Positions 12,169-23,712 are shown, numbered from the stretch's first letter. The stretch: 64,000 bases of DNA from an uncultured Alphaproteobacteria bacterium (GCA_963974445.1 CAXBDI010000002.1:5003-69002), one strand, 5' to 3'. Numbers and translations: made by a program. Notes: generated by a model from the sequence alone, not told the origin.

Positions 12169-12402
12169 TCAAGCCACTGCCTGCTTCGCGTTGGCCGCGG
12201 CGTCGCCCGTGGCGGCCCGTGTGCCGATGCCGAGCATCGTGTGCAACTGGTCGCGGGTCTTTTGCAACTGCTTCAGTTCGCGCGCATCCTCCCGGTCGTA
12301 GATCTCGACCGAGCCGAGGCGGATTTCGACCAGGTCCAGCAATGTTTCCAATGCATCGTGGGTGAGTCCGGTGGATGGCTCTATGGTGCGGTGGCGGGCC
12401 AT
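12169..12402 (-). CDS. Hypothetical small protein (77 aa)
   Basis: The ORF has high third-position GC like neighbouring genes, and I recognise no family. A near-CtrA site (TTAA-N7-CTAA, 12453-12467) lies about 50 nt upstream. Confidence 0.4.
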   Translation of the reverse strand: MARHRTIEPSTGLTHDALETLLDLVEIRLGSVEIYDREDARELKQLQKTRDQLHTMLGIGTRAATGDAAANAKQAVA

Positions 12403-12622
12403 AGTCGATTCCCTTTCAGGTCAAGATAAAATTGACCGTAGGAACATCATGATTAACAACGATCTAACACGATAGCCATGAGAGCTAATCCTAATTCGGC
12501 AATATTACTTTAGGCCTTGAGCATCCGGTGGCGCAATTGGGTTTGAAAAGTCGGAATAGATGCGGATGCGGCGCATCGCAGATTGGTTGATCCGCGGGAC
12601 CTCAGCCTCCGCCTCGAGGCCG

Positions 12623-12705
12623 CCCCTGCAAAAGCAGGAGCGCATGCCTGAGAGGCTGTTGCGCGGGAGAGACCGCTGGCGTGGATCCGGGGCCAAGCCC
12701 GGGAC
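12623..12705 (+). repeat. Intergenic modular palindromic repeat, type A1
   Basis: CCCCTGCAAAAGCAGG..CCTGAGAGGC..GGATCCGGGGCCAAGCCCGGGAC has the same module order as 35124-35208. Its 3' module is the reverse complement of the 5' arm of the 62-kb copies. Confidence 0.6.
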
Positions 12706-12764
12706 AGATGAATCAAATTGCCCGGGCGCCGTCTTGGGTGACGCCAGACCATGGACGTCTCAAA

Positions 12765-13679
12765 TCACGTGACACATGATGGATAGTCTAGCGCCACGGC
12801 AATTTTCGCTGCCTCCGCCGCATTGTTTTGCAGCAGCGCGATATTGGCCGCCAGCGTGCGGCCGCCGCTCAAGACCGCGAGCCGTTTCAGCAGGTAGGGC
12901 GTGATCGCCTTGCCGGTTACGCCCTCGGCCTGCGCATCGAGGAGCGCCGTCGCCACCCAACCCTCAACCTCGTCCGGCGGCAGCGCCTCTTCAGCCGGAA
13001 CCGGCACGCCGATGACGACGCCGCCAAGGCCGAGCGCCCGTTGCACGCGGATGATGGCGGCAGCCTCCGCCGGTGTCTCGCACCGCCGGCCGACCGGCAA
13101 ACCGCTGGAGGTGACCTGGAACGCCGGGAAATGGTCGGTGCCTAAGCCCAGCACCGGCACGCCCAGGGTTTCCAGCGCCTCTATAGTCTTGGGCAGGTCC
13201 AGGATCGACTTGGCGCCGCTACAGACCACCGCGACGGGCGTGCGGCTGAGTTCGGCCAGATCGGCGGAGATGTCCAGGCTTTCCGCCACCTGCCGGTGCA
13301 CACCGCCCAGGCCCCCGGTCGCGAACACCGCGATGCCGGCGGCATGCGCCAGAATCATCGTGCCGGCAACTGTCGTAGCCCCGGAGCCACCTTCGGCCAG
13401 CAGCGGTGCGATATCGCGGCGGGACACCTTGGCCAGATCGGCGCCACGGGCGAACCGCTCGACCTCCTCTGCCGACAAGCCGACGCGCAAGCGGCCATCC
13501 AGAATTCCACACCAGGCAGGCGTGCCGCCGTGCGCGCGAACCGCCGCCTCCAGGCTCCGCGCAACATCCAGGTTCTGCGGATAAGGCAGGCCGTGGGCAA
13601 TCGCCGTCGTCTCCAGCGCGACCGGAGCGGCAGCGGCGGCAACATCGGCTGAGATATCGAGGAAATCGGTCAAAGGCAT
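12765..13679 (-). CDS. psuG: Pseudouridine-5'-phosphate glycosidase
   Basis: Contains VALETTAIAHGLPYP..ATTVAGTMILAHAAGIAVFATGGLGGVHR..DISADLAEL..VCSGAKSILD. The ATG at 13679 was chosen, but the track TTG at 13697 is also possible. No psuK is adjacent. Confidence 0.88.
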   Translation of the reverse strand: MPLTDFLDISADVAAAAAPVALETTAIAHGLPYPQNLDVARSLEAAVRAHGGTPAWCGILDGRLRVGLSAEEVERFARGADLAKVSRRDIAPLLAEGGSGATTVAGTMILAHAAGIAVFATGGLGGVHRQVAESLDISADLAELSRTPVAVVCSGAKSILDLPKTIEALETLGVPVLGLGTDHFPAFQVTSSGLPVGRRCETPAEAAAIIRVQRALGLGGVVIGVPVPAEEALPPDEVEGWVATALLDAQAEGVTGKAITPYLLKRLAVLSGGRTLAANIALLQNNAAEAAKIAVALDYPSCVT

Positions 13680-13740
13680 AGGCGCATCGTATACCAAGGG
13701 CGAGGATATTGACCCACGATCCTATTTCTACCTCCGCCCC

Positions 13741-14004
13741 GGCCGCGAATCGGCATCCAGGATCGCGGCCGGGGCGGCCCAGGTCTTCGACCGGCTCATC
13801 GGGCGCTTCCCCTTCATCGCGAAGATCTGCGGCGATGGTGCATATCAGGGGCCAATCGTGCAGACGTCAAGCCCCAGGCCCACCGAGATCGTCAAACGCA
13901 ACCAACGCGGCTTCGAGCGCTTCGCGCCCACCGGCCTCGCCTTCATCCAAGCCGCGATGATCAAGCTCATGGCAAGGCGATTGGCCCGCTTCGGCTATTC
14001 TTGA
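13741..14004 (+). pseudogene. IS5-family transposase remnant (C-terminal part with an internal deletion)
   Basis: Frame 1 reads ..RFPFIAKICGDGAYQGPIV..TEIVKRNQRGFE/RFAPTGLAFIQAAMIKLMARRLARFGYS*. It matches the ADGGYxG..EIVKR..GF and ..AFI.LA.IRLM.RRLA tail, but the VLPRRWVVERTF block is missing. Confidence 0.6.
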
Positions 14005-14167
14005 ACAGGCCCTGAAAGATTTCGTGTAACGATCTGTGACCGCCTTACGTCTTTAGTTGCATGCTGGGAATTTTGGCTATCGTGCCGGTTCGTCGCAAAC
14101 AGCGGAAGGTCGAAAACTGTTGGCTGACAAAGTGGAAAGTGAAACCCGTGCTGCCTGAGATGCAGAC

Positions 14168-14593
14168 GTGATTACGCACAACATCGAACGGCTCGCTGAC
14201 TCCGAAAGCAGCCAGCCACCTCGAATCCCGCCATGCCGATTGGGGCAAAAACCGCGAAACGGGAGGGCGAATTGCTATTGCGTTGCGGCAGGCTCAATCG
14301 GGGATGGGGATGGCGACAATGAGGGTGGATACTGCGGTCCGACAGACCCGGACGGTTTCGACGACGGCGAACTGAAAGAAATCCTGCGGGAGTTCATTGG
14401 AACGCTCATCGAACTCTTGGAGCCCCACTACGCAGAGGTTGTTAGACGTGCAGAAATATTGGATCAACCCCCATCCGAGATTGCGGATGAAATGAACCTC
14501 AGTGAATGGGAGGTTGCTAGCCGCTTGCAAGCAGGTCGTCGCACACTTCTCCACCTTGTCATGTTGACACTACAACCGGACCTGCAGGAATGA
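14168..14593 (+). pseudogene. Truncated ECF/SigZ-like sigma-70 factor (region 4 only)
   Basis: Only the C-terminal ~70 aa look sigma-like: LLEPHYAEVVRRAEILDQPPSEIADEMNLSEWEVASRLQAGRRTLLHLV is a region 4 HTH. No region 2 is present, and the N-terminal part of the ORF is low complexity. Confidence 0.5.
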
Positions 14594-14746
14594 TCGAGCC
14601 GCCCGCCCGCGCAGGCAGAGATAAAAAACTCCCCCGCTCCCCTCCAATCCCGCCGCCTCAAAGCAGCGGAACGGAAAAAAAGAGTGGCGGGCCACTTTTA
14701 AACCTGCGTTGACATCGGCGGGCACAATAGATTAGGTGAACCGGAA

Positions 14747-15091
14747 ATGAAGAAAATTGCGGTTTTCGGCGGCGCGTTTTTGGCGGTCTATGCGAGCGCC
14801 TCGCTCGCATGGGCTCAACAGGTCGATCCCTTTTGTAGACCATCCATGATGTGGGATGACGGTTGGTACGGTTGGTTCTTAGGCCCTGTCATGATGATCC
14901 TATTTCTCGCAATCGCAGTTGTGGTCGTCGTCCTCATCGTCCGATGGCTTGGAGGGACCGGGCACAGCGGTTCGGCGGCGCCTCCCCCGCCCACAAGCAA
15001 GCACGCCATCGATATTCTCAAGGATCGCTTTGCCCGCGGTGAGATCGATAAGGAAGAGCTCGAGGAAAAGCGGCGGATTCTTGAGGAATAA
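14747..15091 (+). CDS. SHOCT-domain membrane protein
   Basis: Signal/TM segment, a second TM helix, then HAIDILKDRFARGEIDKEELEEKRRILEE, a typical SHOCT short C-terminal domain. Confidence 0.75.
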   Translation: MKKIAVFGGAFLAVYASASLAWAQQVDPFCRPSMMWDDGWYGWFLGPVMMILFLAIAVVVVVLIVRWLGGTGHSGSAAPPPPTSKHAIDILKDRFARGEIDKEELEEKRRILEE

Positions 15092-15358
15092 CGCATCTCT
15101 CTGATGCGATGGGAGCGATGCGGACACTGTCGCTTGGGTATCCTGAGCGGGCTGAAGGAGGGAGAGCGAATGATGAGGTGAGGGCACCCTTCCATAGTTC
15201 TGCCCGGAACGCCGGAGCGGCCCCTTTCGCCCGATGATCTGCATCGTAAGAATGACTTGCGTCTGATCGCCTCGGCATCGGTAAGCTGAAGAATTCCGTA
15301 CCAAGGCCGCCGAACGTCTCCATATGAGGCTGCGGTGACGATGAATGAGTGAAAGGAA

Positions 15359-15568
15359 ATGATGATGACTGTTGATCGCGCGGTTCTGGCTTTCGCTGGA
15401 ACAATGGTGCTGCTCTCCGCCGTTCTCGTTTATTGGGCCTCGATCTGGTGGCTGCTGCTGACAGCCTTCGTCGGGCTGAACATGCTGCAATCGGCTTTCA
15501 CCGGATTCTGCCCGGCCGCGATGTTCTTCAAGAAACTCGGGATCCAGCCGGGCGCGGCGTATAAGTGA
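15359..15568 (+). CDS. DUF2892 / YgaP-like small membrane protein
   Basis: 69 aa with two TM helices, ending ..LQSAFTGFCPAAMFFKKLG, which is characteristic of the YgaP C-terminal membrane domain. Confidence 0.7.
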   Translation: MMMTVDRAVLAFAGTMVLLSAVLVYWASIWWLLLTAFVGLNMLQSAFTGFCPAAMFFKKLGIQPGAAYK

Positions 15569-15789
15569 TCCTCAGACCGGCAGGAGATCAGATTGTCACT
15601 CGAGCTGGTTGCGCTCCCCCGCAACAGTTTCAGGTGAATGGGGATTGTCCGCCGCTTGCACACAAGTTACCCCGGATTACCCATATGGATACGGTCTTTA
15701 CCCGGAACGAAGCTCTGTTACTCTCGTGGAGTCAGTGACTTAAGCGAGACGGAGCGGCGGTTTAACGGCGAACGCAACGGGTGAAGCAA

Positions 15790-16275
15790 AATCGAGCCCG
15801 TTAGGGCTGGAATTTAACGGGGCGGTTCGGCTGCTGTTTCGCGCCTCGGCGATCAGTTCCGATGGAGGCCGGCCGGTCTATCGCGAGTTCGACGACGCGC
15901 CCGGGCTGGCCGATCTGGCGTCCACTGTGCTGATCGATGACCGCACCGGCAAGAATGGCCGTCACACGTTCGCGGGCCTGCTGCGGCAGGCGATCTTCTC
16001 GCGCGTGGCTGGGTATGAGGACGTCAACGACGCCGACCGGCTGTGCCGCGACCCGGTCATGCGCCAACTGGTTGGCGGAAGGGCGATCTGGAGCGCTGCG
16101 CCTTGCGGCCCGGCAACATCCATAGCGCCGATGGCTGGGAAGACATGCTCTGTCCCGTGCTGGCTCGCTATCCGGCAGAGGCCAAGCCTTCAATCATCCG
16201 CCGCCGTTTCCGGGCCGATGCGGCGTTTGCCATCCCGGCCCTGTTCGACCTGCTGGAGGCTGAAAGCTGGGGCTT
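15790..16275 (+). pseudogene. IS1380-family (DDE_Tnp_1_4) transposase remnant, frameshifted and internally deleted
   Basis: The first frame reads ..ISSDGGRPVYREFDDAPGLADL..GKNGRHTFAGLLRQAIFSRVAGYEDVNDADRLCRDPVMRQLVGG. A second frame reads LERCALRPGNIHSADGWEDMLCPVLARY..RRRFRADAAFAIPALFDLLEAE. About 100 aa between the blocks and the entire C-terminal half are missing. Confidence 0.7.
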
Positions 16276-16344
16276 GCCGCAGCAAAGCTCAACACTCCCT
16301 CAGCCAGGGCTAGAGTTTTCCGGCTTCGGTCAGACACATGGGCT

Positions 16345-16430
16345 GGGTGCAGTGCTGATTTAATACGCGCTGCCGGAATGTTGTTCCCCATGGCGCTGTG
16401 TGGCCGGTACCAATTGTATCGACCCAACGG
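16345..16430 (-). pseudogene. Fragment of an IS3/IS481-type integrase-core transposase (extreme C-terminus)
   Basis: The minus strand reads ..YNWYRPHSAMGNNIPAARI, matching the YN..RPHSALG..P motif at the end of rve-domain transposases. Nothing upstream of it is retained. Confidence 0.4.
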
Positions 16431-16628
16431 AATCTGCACAGGTTAAGCAGCTAAGGCATATGCCTCGGTTGGTGTTTTCATGCTCAAACGATATTCTTGT
16501 GCGTATGCCGAAGATTCGCATACCCATGGGCTCAAGGGAATCCCAGTTCGGACTCTTCCATCAGACCAATACCACTAGGGCAACTTCCGCTACTCAAACG
16601 ATTCCATTTGAATGGGCGTTGCCCTAGC

Positions 16629-17345
16629 ATGCGCGCCTCCGCAGTCATGGGTGAAGGCGCAATGCTGAAAGACGTTGTCAAGGTAATCGGGCAATTGAGC
16701 GACAAGCGGCTGCAGCGGCCCGTGCTGCTCGGCCTGCTGGTGTCGGCACTGGCGTTGGCGCTGCTGGTCGCCGGGTCTTTCTGGCTGCTCTCCGACATGT
16801 TGCCTACCATCGAGGGTTGGGTCGGCCGGCAACTCGACGCTGTGGGCCTGTTGGAAATTTTGGGGTCGGTTGCCGTTGGGTGGCTGGCTTTATTGCTATT
16901 CCCGGCGTTTGCGCTGGCGATCCAAAGCATATTCGTCGACAGCGTGGCCGACGCCGTCGAAGCCAAATACTACCCGAACAAGCCGCCGGGCCGCGATGTG
17001 CCGATCGGCGAGGCGCTGATCGCCACCGTGAGGCTGGTGGCGATCGTCTTGCTGATCAACCTTGTGCTGTTACCGGTCTATCTGATCCTTCTGTTCATCC
17101 CGCCGACCGGATTGCTGCTGTATTTCGCGGTCAACGGCTATCTGATCGGCCGCGAGTATTTCGAGACGGTCGGCATCCGCCGCCTGACCCTGGCCGAGAC
17201 GAAGGTCACCCGCCGCCAGAACCGCAGCATGATCTGGATGGATGGCGTGCTGCTGATGCTGGTATTCACGGTACCGGTGTTGAACCTGGCCGGCCCGACG
17301 CTGGGCACTGCCTACATGGTCCACCGCTTTCACCGCATCTCGTAG
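16629..17345 (+). CDS. EI24/CysZ-like membrane protein
   Basis: A multi-pass membrane protein with ..FPAFALAIQSIFVDSVADAVEAKYYP.. and LLYFAVNGYLIGREYFE. The ATG at 16629 was chosen over the track TTG at 16497, which lies in low-GC non-coding sequence. Confidence 0.7.
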   Translation: MRASAVMGEGAMLKDVVKVIGQLSDKRLQRPVLLGLLVSALALALLVAGSFWLLSDMLPTIEGWVGRQLDAVGLLEILGSVAVGWLALLLFPAFALAIQSIFVDSVADAVEAKYYPNKPPGRDVPIGEALIATVRLVAIVLLINLVLLPVYLILLFIPPTGLLLYFAVNGYLIGREYFETVGIRRLTLAETKVTRRQNRSMIWMDGVLLMLVFTVPVLNLAGPTLGTAYMVHRFHRIS

Positions 17346-17362
17346 CAGGGACCCTGCCCAGT

Positions 17363-17998
17363 CTACTCGACCACCTTGTCCTCAAAGGCGCAGAGGTCGG
17401 CGACAATGCATTTCACGCAGTCGGGCTTGCGCGCCTTGCAGACATAGCGGCCATGCAGGATAAGCCAGTGGTGGGCGTGGCGCTTGTAGTGCTCCGGCAC
17501 CACGGCCTCCAGCTTCTTTTCGACGGCCAGCGGCGTCTTGCCGGGCGCCATGCCGGTACGGTTGGCGACGCGGAACAGGTGCGTGTCCACGGCAATCGTC
17601 GGCTCGCCCCAATAGTTGTTCAGCACCACGTTCGCGGTCTTGCGCCCGACGCCCGGCAGGCTTTCCAGCGCGGCGCGATCCCGTGGCACCTCGCCGCCAT
17701 ATTCGGCAATCAGCTTTTTGGCCATGGCGATGACGTTCTTCGCCTTGGTGTTGAACAGACCAATGGTGCGGATGTGCTCCTTTAGCCCTTCCTCGCCTAA
17801 CTCCAGCATTTGTTGCGGGGTAGAGACCTTCGCGAACAGGGATCGGGTCGCCTTGTTGACCCCAACATCGGTCGCTTGCGCGGACAAAGCCACCGCCACC
17901 AGCAGCGTGTAGACGTTGGTAAATTCCAACTCGGTCACCGGCTCAGGCGTCTTGGCTGAGAGGCGGGCGAAGAAGGTCTCGATCTGATCGGGGGTCAT
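17363..17998 (-). CDS. nth: Endonuclease III
   Basis: HhH-GPD motif LPGVGRKTANVVL and the 4Fe-4S cluster loop CKARKPDCVKCIVADLC. The ATG at 17998 gives 211 aa. Confidence 0.93.
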   Translation of the reverse strand: MTPDQIETFFARLSAKTPEPVTELEFTNVYTLLVAVALSAQATDVGVNKATRSLFAKVSTPQQMLELGEEGLKEHIRTIGLFNTKAKNVIAMAKKLIAEYGGEVPRDRAALESLPGVGRKTANVVLNNYWGEPTIAVDTHLFRVANRTGMAPGKTPLAVEKKLEAVVPEHYKRHAHHWLILHGRYVCKARKPDCVKCIVADLCAFEDKVVE

Positions 17999-18238
17999 AA
18001 GGTTTGAACCGGCGTTGCCCAGGGAAAGCGGCACGCTAGTCGATTTTGCGCCCAGGGCTCAACTTTTCCATTTAAGCGGTGAGCGAACTGCTGTATGAGG
18101 GCCGCCATGACACAGCTAATGCGACGACGAGTAAGCCTCAAACGCGCCTCCTGATTCAAAAGGGGGCTGCGGACCCGCGCCTTTACGCGGTCTGCCCTCG
18201 CCTCAGCGTTTTGAATGTCTCGTCGGAAGTTTGTTGTC

Positions 18239-18763
18239 ATGGTTACCATTACCCCTCCCACATCGGCGCATGCGCAGATCATCGGCCAATTGCTTGATCA
18301 CGCGTTCGGGCAGAACCGGCAGGCGAAAACCAGCTATCGCTTCCGCGACGGCGTGGCGCCCATCGCGTCGCTGGCGCGGGTGGCGGTTTCCGGTGAGGCG
18401 GTGATCGGCTCGATCCAGTATTGGCCGATGCGGCTGGGCCGGGAAACCGTGCTGCTGCTCGGCCCGCTCGCGGTCTGGATCGGCTGGGCGAACCAAGGCA
18501 TTGGCGGCGCGCTGATGGCCACATCGATGTCCGCCGCCCTGACCGAGGGGTGGGAGCACGTGTTCCTGGTCGGCGACCTCACCTACTACGGCCGCTTCGG
18601 TTTCGAGCCGGCGGCGCAATGGGGCGTCTGCATGCCGGACGAGCAGCAACACCGCCTGCTGGGCCGGTGTCTCGGCAACGCGCCGCCACCCGCCGGCGCG
18701 CTTCAGCCGATGCGGCAGAGCAGTTCGGCAATCGCCTTGTCATCAACGGCGCCGGCCAAATAG
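18239..18763 (+). CDS. GNAT-family N-acetyltransferase (YhbS-like)
   Basis: Contains ..LGPLAVWIGWANQGIGGALM..VFLVGDLTYYGRFGF. Its 3' end overlaps the convergent gene by about 60 nt. Confidence 0.7.
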   Translation: MVTITPPTSAHAQIIGQLLDHAFGQNRQAKTSYRFRDGVAPIASLARVAVSGEAVIGSIQYWPMRLGRETVLLLGPLAVWIGWANQGIGGALMATSMSAALTEGWEHVFLVGDLTYYGRFGFEPAAQWGVCMPDEQQHRLLGRCLGNAPPPAGALQPMRQSSSAIALSSTAPAK

Positions 18764-19191
18764 CCGCGCAGGTTCGCCGCCGCCAGACCCTGATAGTCTG
18801 CGGCGCACGAATCCGGCCAGGGCGCCAGAGAATCGACCAGCAATTGCTGCTCGGCCCGCTCTGCCGCCAATTCGGCGGCGAGCACCGCCTGGCGCGTTGC
18901 TGTCGCATCAAGGGCGAGGCCGGCCCACTGGTCTTTCAGGCGGCGGCGCAGACCGCGCAACGGCTCCACCGCCGCCGCATGCCAGCCGGCTATCGCAGAT
19001 TTCGCCTGCAAAAATGCGGCGGCATCGAGCCGCTGGCCCCTGGTTGAGGCCCAGAGGCAGAGCAGCGCGATGTTCACATTCGCCCCCGCCTGGTCCTGCC
19101 ATAGCAGCAGTTGTGCCGCCACGCCCGGCCGGCGGTAGACCGCGCTGCTGAAATCCCAGAATTCCTCCCCAGGTGATGTGGCACTCGGCAT
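18703..19191 (-). CDS. TIGR02444/DUF2390-like conserved hypothetical protein
   Basis: EEFWDFSSAVYRRPGVAAQLLLWQDQAGANVNIALLCLWAS resembles the N-terminal signature of that family as I recall it. Confidence 0.55.
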   Translation of the reverse strand: MPSATSPGEEFWDFSSAVYRRPGVAAQLLLWQDQAGANVNIALLCLWASTRGQRLDAAAFLQAKSAIAGWHAAAVEPLRGLRRRLKDQWAGLALDATATRQAVLAAELAAERAEQQLLVDSLAPWPDSCAADYQGLAAANLRGYLAGAVDDKAIAELLCRIG

Positions 19192-19300
19192 GGTTCACCA
19201 TCGACTCCCATGGTTGCATCGCGTTATTCTGCCTCGGCATGCTAGCGCCGCGAAAGCGCGGTGAAGCGCGCCGATATCGTCACAACAGCATGGAGTCCTC

Positions 19301-19510
19301 ATGGCAGACGACAACGGAACCGGCAAGCCGGACCAGAAGCTAGAGATCTTGCGTGCAGAACATCGCGACCTCGACTATGCCATCGCCACCCTGACCGAAC
19401 GTGCGCCGTACGATCAGGTGCAGGTGCAACGGCTGAAGAAACGCAAACTGTCGCTACGCGATCAGATCGAACGCGTGGAAGGCTTTGCCCGACCGGACCT
19501 GATCGCCTAA
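19301..19510 (+). CDS. DUF465 (YdcH-like) protein
   Basis: 69 aa with LRAEHRDLDYAIATL....QVQRLKKRKLSLRDQIERVE. Confidence 0.7.
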   Translation: MADDNGTGKPDQKLEILRAEHRDLDYAIATLTERAPYDQVQVQRLKKRKLSLRDQIERVEGFARPDLIA

Positions 19511-19578
19511 ACAGCGCTCTCGTCCGAACTCCATTGTCTTTGTGTGCGGCCCCTCTCGGTCCGCGGTGGTAAGTATTA

Positions 19579-20088
19579 TTGTCAGATAACGCGAAATCCG
19601 ATACCGCGCCGCTGGTTGGCATAGTGATGGGCAGCCGCTCCGACTGGCCGACCATGCGTCTTGCCGCGGACATGCTGCAAGAATTGGCGGTGCCGTTCGA
19701 GGCCAAGATTGTATCGGCGCATCGCACGCCCGACCGGCTGGTCGAGTACGCGAAGTCGGCCAAGGACCGGGGCCTGCGCGTCATCATCGCCGGCGCTGGC
19801 GGCGCCGCCCACTTGCCGGGAATGGTTGCTGCGATGACGGTGCTGCCCGTGCTGGGCGTGCCGGTGCAGAGCCGGGCGCTGAGCGGTTGGGACAGCCTGT
19901 TGTCCATCGTACAGATGCCGAAAGGCATACCGGTCGGCACGCTCGCTATCGGTGAGGCTGGCGCGGCCAATGCCGGACTGCTCGCCGCGGCCATGCTGGC
20001 GACCAGCGACCCGGCCTTGTCCGACCGCTTGCAAGCTTTCCGCCAAGCCCAGACCGACGCCATTCCCGAGACGCCAGCAGGCTCATGA
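19579..20088 (+). CDS. purE: N5-carboxyaminoimidazole ribonucleotide mutase
   Basis: Contains [54 protein letters not shown] start. Confidence 0.95.
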   Translation: MSDNAKSDTAPLVGIVMGSRSDWPTMRLAADMLQELAVPFEAKIVSAHRTPDRLVEYAKSAKDRGLRVIIAGAGGAAHLPGMVAAMTVLPVLGVPVQSRALSGWDSLLSIVQMPKGIPVGTLAIGEAGAANAGLLAAAMLATSDPALSDRLQAFRQAQTDAIPETPAGS

Positions 20089-21155
20089 TCGCACCCGGGG
20101 CCACCATCGGCATTCTCGGCGGCGGCCAGTTGGGCCGTATGACCGCCCTCGCCGCCGCCCGCCTCGGCTATCGCGTGCACGTGTTTGCGCCGGAGGTGGA
20201 CAACCCGGCGGAGCAGGTGTGCGCCGCCGCTACCCACGCCGCCTATGACGATATCGACGCCCTGAGGCGGTTTGCCGACGCCTGCGACGTCGTCACCTAC
20301 GAATTCGAGAACGTGCCGGTCATCGCAGCGGAAACCATCGCCGCCAGCACGCCGGTCCACCCGGCCCCGGTCTGGCTGCAAGTCGCGCAAGACCGCCGGC
20401 GCGAGAAAGCCTTCATCCAGGCCGCCGGTGCAGAGGTCGCGGACTTTCGCATTATCGAATCCAAGCGCGACCTGAACCAGCCCGGCCTCAGCTTCCCCGG
20501 CATCCTGAAAACGGCGCAGAGCGGCTATGACGGCAAAGGCCAGCTGCGTGTACCATCGGCATCCGCCCTGGCCCAAGCCTGGGACGACCTCGGCCAAATG
20601 CCCTGCGTGCTGGAGCAGTTGGTGCCGTTTGAGTGCGAAGTCTCGGTCATCGTCGCCCGCGGCCAGGACGGTGCGGTCGTGTGTTTTCCCACCGTCGAGA
20701 ACATGCACGAAAACCATATTCTGGCCGAAACCATCGCACCCGCCCGGGTCGCCGACGCCGTTGCGGCCAAGGCGTTACTCCTCGCCGAAAGCATCGCTCG
20801 CCACGGCGACCTCGTCGGCCTGCTGGCGGTGGAGATGTTCGTGCTCGCCGACGGTCAGGTCATCGTCAACGAACTGGCGCCGCGGCCGCACAACAGCGGC
20901 CACTGGAGCATGGACGCCTGTCAGACCGATCAGTTCGAACAGTGCATCCGCGCCATTTGCGGCCTGCCGCTCGGCGCAACCACGGTTCTGGCGCCGGCGC
21001 GGATGCGCAATTTGCTGGGCGATGCGATCGATGGCTGGGCCGGCTATTTGGCCGACCCGACTGCGCACCTGCACCTCTACGGCAAGGGCAAGGCCAGACC
21101 CGGCCGGAAAATGGGCCACGTCAACTTCGTGCCGCCTACAAAACCCCTTGCCTGA
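20085..21155 (+). CDS. purK: N5-carboxyaminoimidazole ribonucleotide synthase
   Basis: ATP-grasp protein with [24 protein letters not shown]...[19 protein letters not shown]. It overlaps the purE stop by 4 nt. Confidence 0.93.
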   Translation: MIAPGATIGILGGGQLGRMTALAAARLGYRVHVFAPEVDNPAEQVCAAATHAAYDDIDALRRFADACDVVTYEFENVPVIAAETIAASTPVHPAPVWLQVAQDRRREKAFIQAAGAEVADFRIIESKRDLNQPGLSFPGILKTAQSGYDGKGQLRVPSASALAQAWDDLGQMPCVLEQLVPFECEVSVIVARGQDGAVVCFPTVENMHENHILAETIAPARVADAVAAKALLLAESIARHGDLVGLLAVEMFVLADGQVIVNELAPRPHNSGHWSMDACQTDQFEQCIRAICGLPLGATTVLAPARMRNLLGDAIDGWAGYLADPTAHLHLYGKGKARPGRKMGHVNFVPPTKPLA

Positions 21156-21193
21156 CCCGCCGCGACGGCGCTATACAGCGACCCTTCCTGGAT

Positions 21194-21268
21194 GGGCGGT
21201 TAGCTCAGCGGTAGAGCACTGTGTTGACATCGCAGTGGCCACTGGTTCGATCCCAGTACCGCCCACCA
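21194..21268 (+). tRNA. tRNA-Val (anticodon GAC), CCA encoded
   Basis: Manual cloverleaf fold: acceptor GGGCGGT/ACCGCCC, D arm GCTC-AGCGGTA-GAGC, anticodon arm CTGTG-TTGACAT-CGCAG, T arm ACTGG-TTCGATC-CCAGT, discriminator A, CCA. Confidence 0.93.
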
Positions 21269-21443
21269 TCCCGGCATTTCTGTACCAAATCGCCTAGCCA
21301 CGGGCGGCGAGCCGCGCCGATAGACTGCTGCATAATTTCTCAGCGGCAATGTTTGGTTGAATGCATTGGCTGACGGCGATATCGTTAGGCACCTACGTAT
21401 TTGGTAGCAGCCATACCGATTCAGCAGCGGGAAACTCCAATCG

Positions 21444-23240
<1,797 letters not shown>

Positions 23241-23277
23241 GCGGCCTATAGGGCAGCGGCCGCGATAGCTGCCGCCC

Positions 23278-23562
23278 TTACCGCCGATCAGGCCCGATCA
23301 TCATCATGAACGCGGCGCGGCGGCCGCCTTTGAACATCAAAATGCCGATGGTCGTGACCACCTGATGGTGGCCGTCTTTGAAGGTCGCGTTGATCTCATA
23401 GTCTTCATAGCCCTTCGGCAGGGTCGCCTTGTCGACATACTCCATAAACGCCCGCGTGATGCGCACCGGCGTTTGCGACATCAGGCCGTCGTGCGCCTCA
23501 AATGTGTAGGTGCCGAGGGTGCCGGATTCCGCATCCATCATCTCCGCTCTATAGGTCGGCAT
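23278..23562 (-). CDS. Hypothetical small protein (94 aa)
   Basis: ORF with a GGAGAAGGA RBS. I recognise no family. It is divergent from the exported-protein/piuC operon. Confidence 0.4.
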   Translation of the reverse strand: MPTYRAEMMDAESGTLGTYTFEAHDGLMSQTPVRITRAFMEYVDKATLPKGYEDYEINATFKDGHHQVVTTIGILMFKGGRRAAFMMMIGPDRR

Positions 23563-23712
23563 AGCGGGCTGTCCTTCTCCATTCCGGTGCTATCCCAAAT
23601 GTCATAAGCGCCAGCGACGGCTCTTGCACGATGAATCCGGTCCAGCCGGCCGCGATCGCGACGGCGCCTCCGCCGGGCGGATTGCGCACACAGCAAAAAC
23701 TGGGATTTGCGA

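Noticed and set aside
13709-13960. 83-aa plus-strand ORF in the track
   Set aside because: It is a Ser/Pro/Arg-rich out-of-frame reading of the IS5 transposase remnant. The transposase-like sequence is in frame 1.
14701-14713. 13-mer AACCTGCGTTGAC shared between the SHOCT gene upstream region and 54069-54081 upstream of the cytochrome b operon, considered as a common promoter motif
   Set aside because: Dozens of exact 13-mer coincidences are expected among all position pairs on both strands in 64 kb. The flanks diverge immediately, and the distances to the start codons differ (about 35 versus about 95 nt).
19299-20717. 472-aa minus-strand ORF
   Set aside because: It is antisense to purE and purK and has no family-like sequence. 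The same reasoning applies to 29735-31030 (anti-moaA), 39040-40599 (anti-cofE/cofD), 41930-43024 (anti-gabD), 52147-53427 (anti-D-aminoacylase), 61100-62212 (anti-ABC1 kinase), 10702-11535 (anti-gatB) and 38114-38842 (anti-LLM part of the cofE track ORF).
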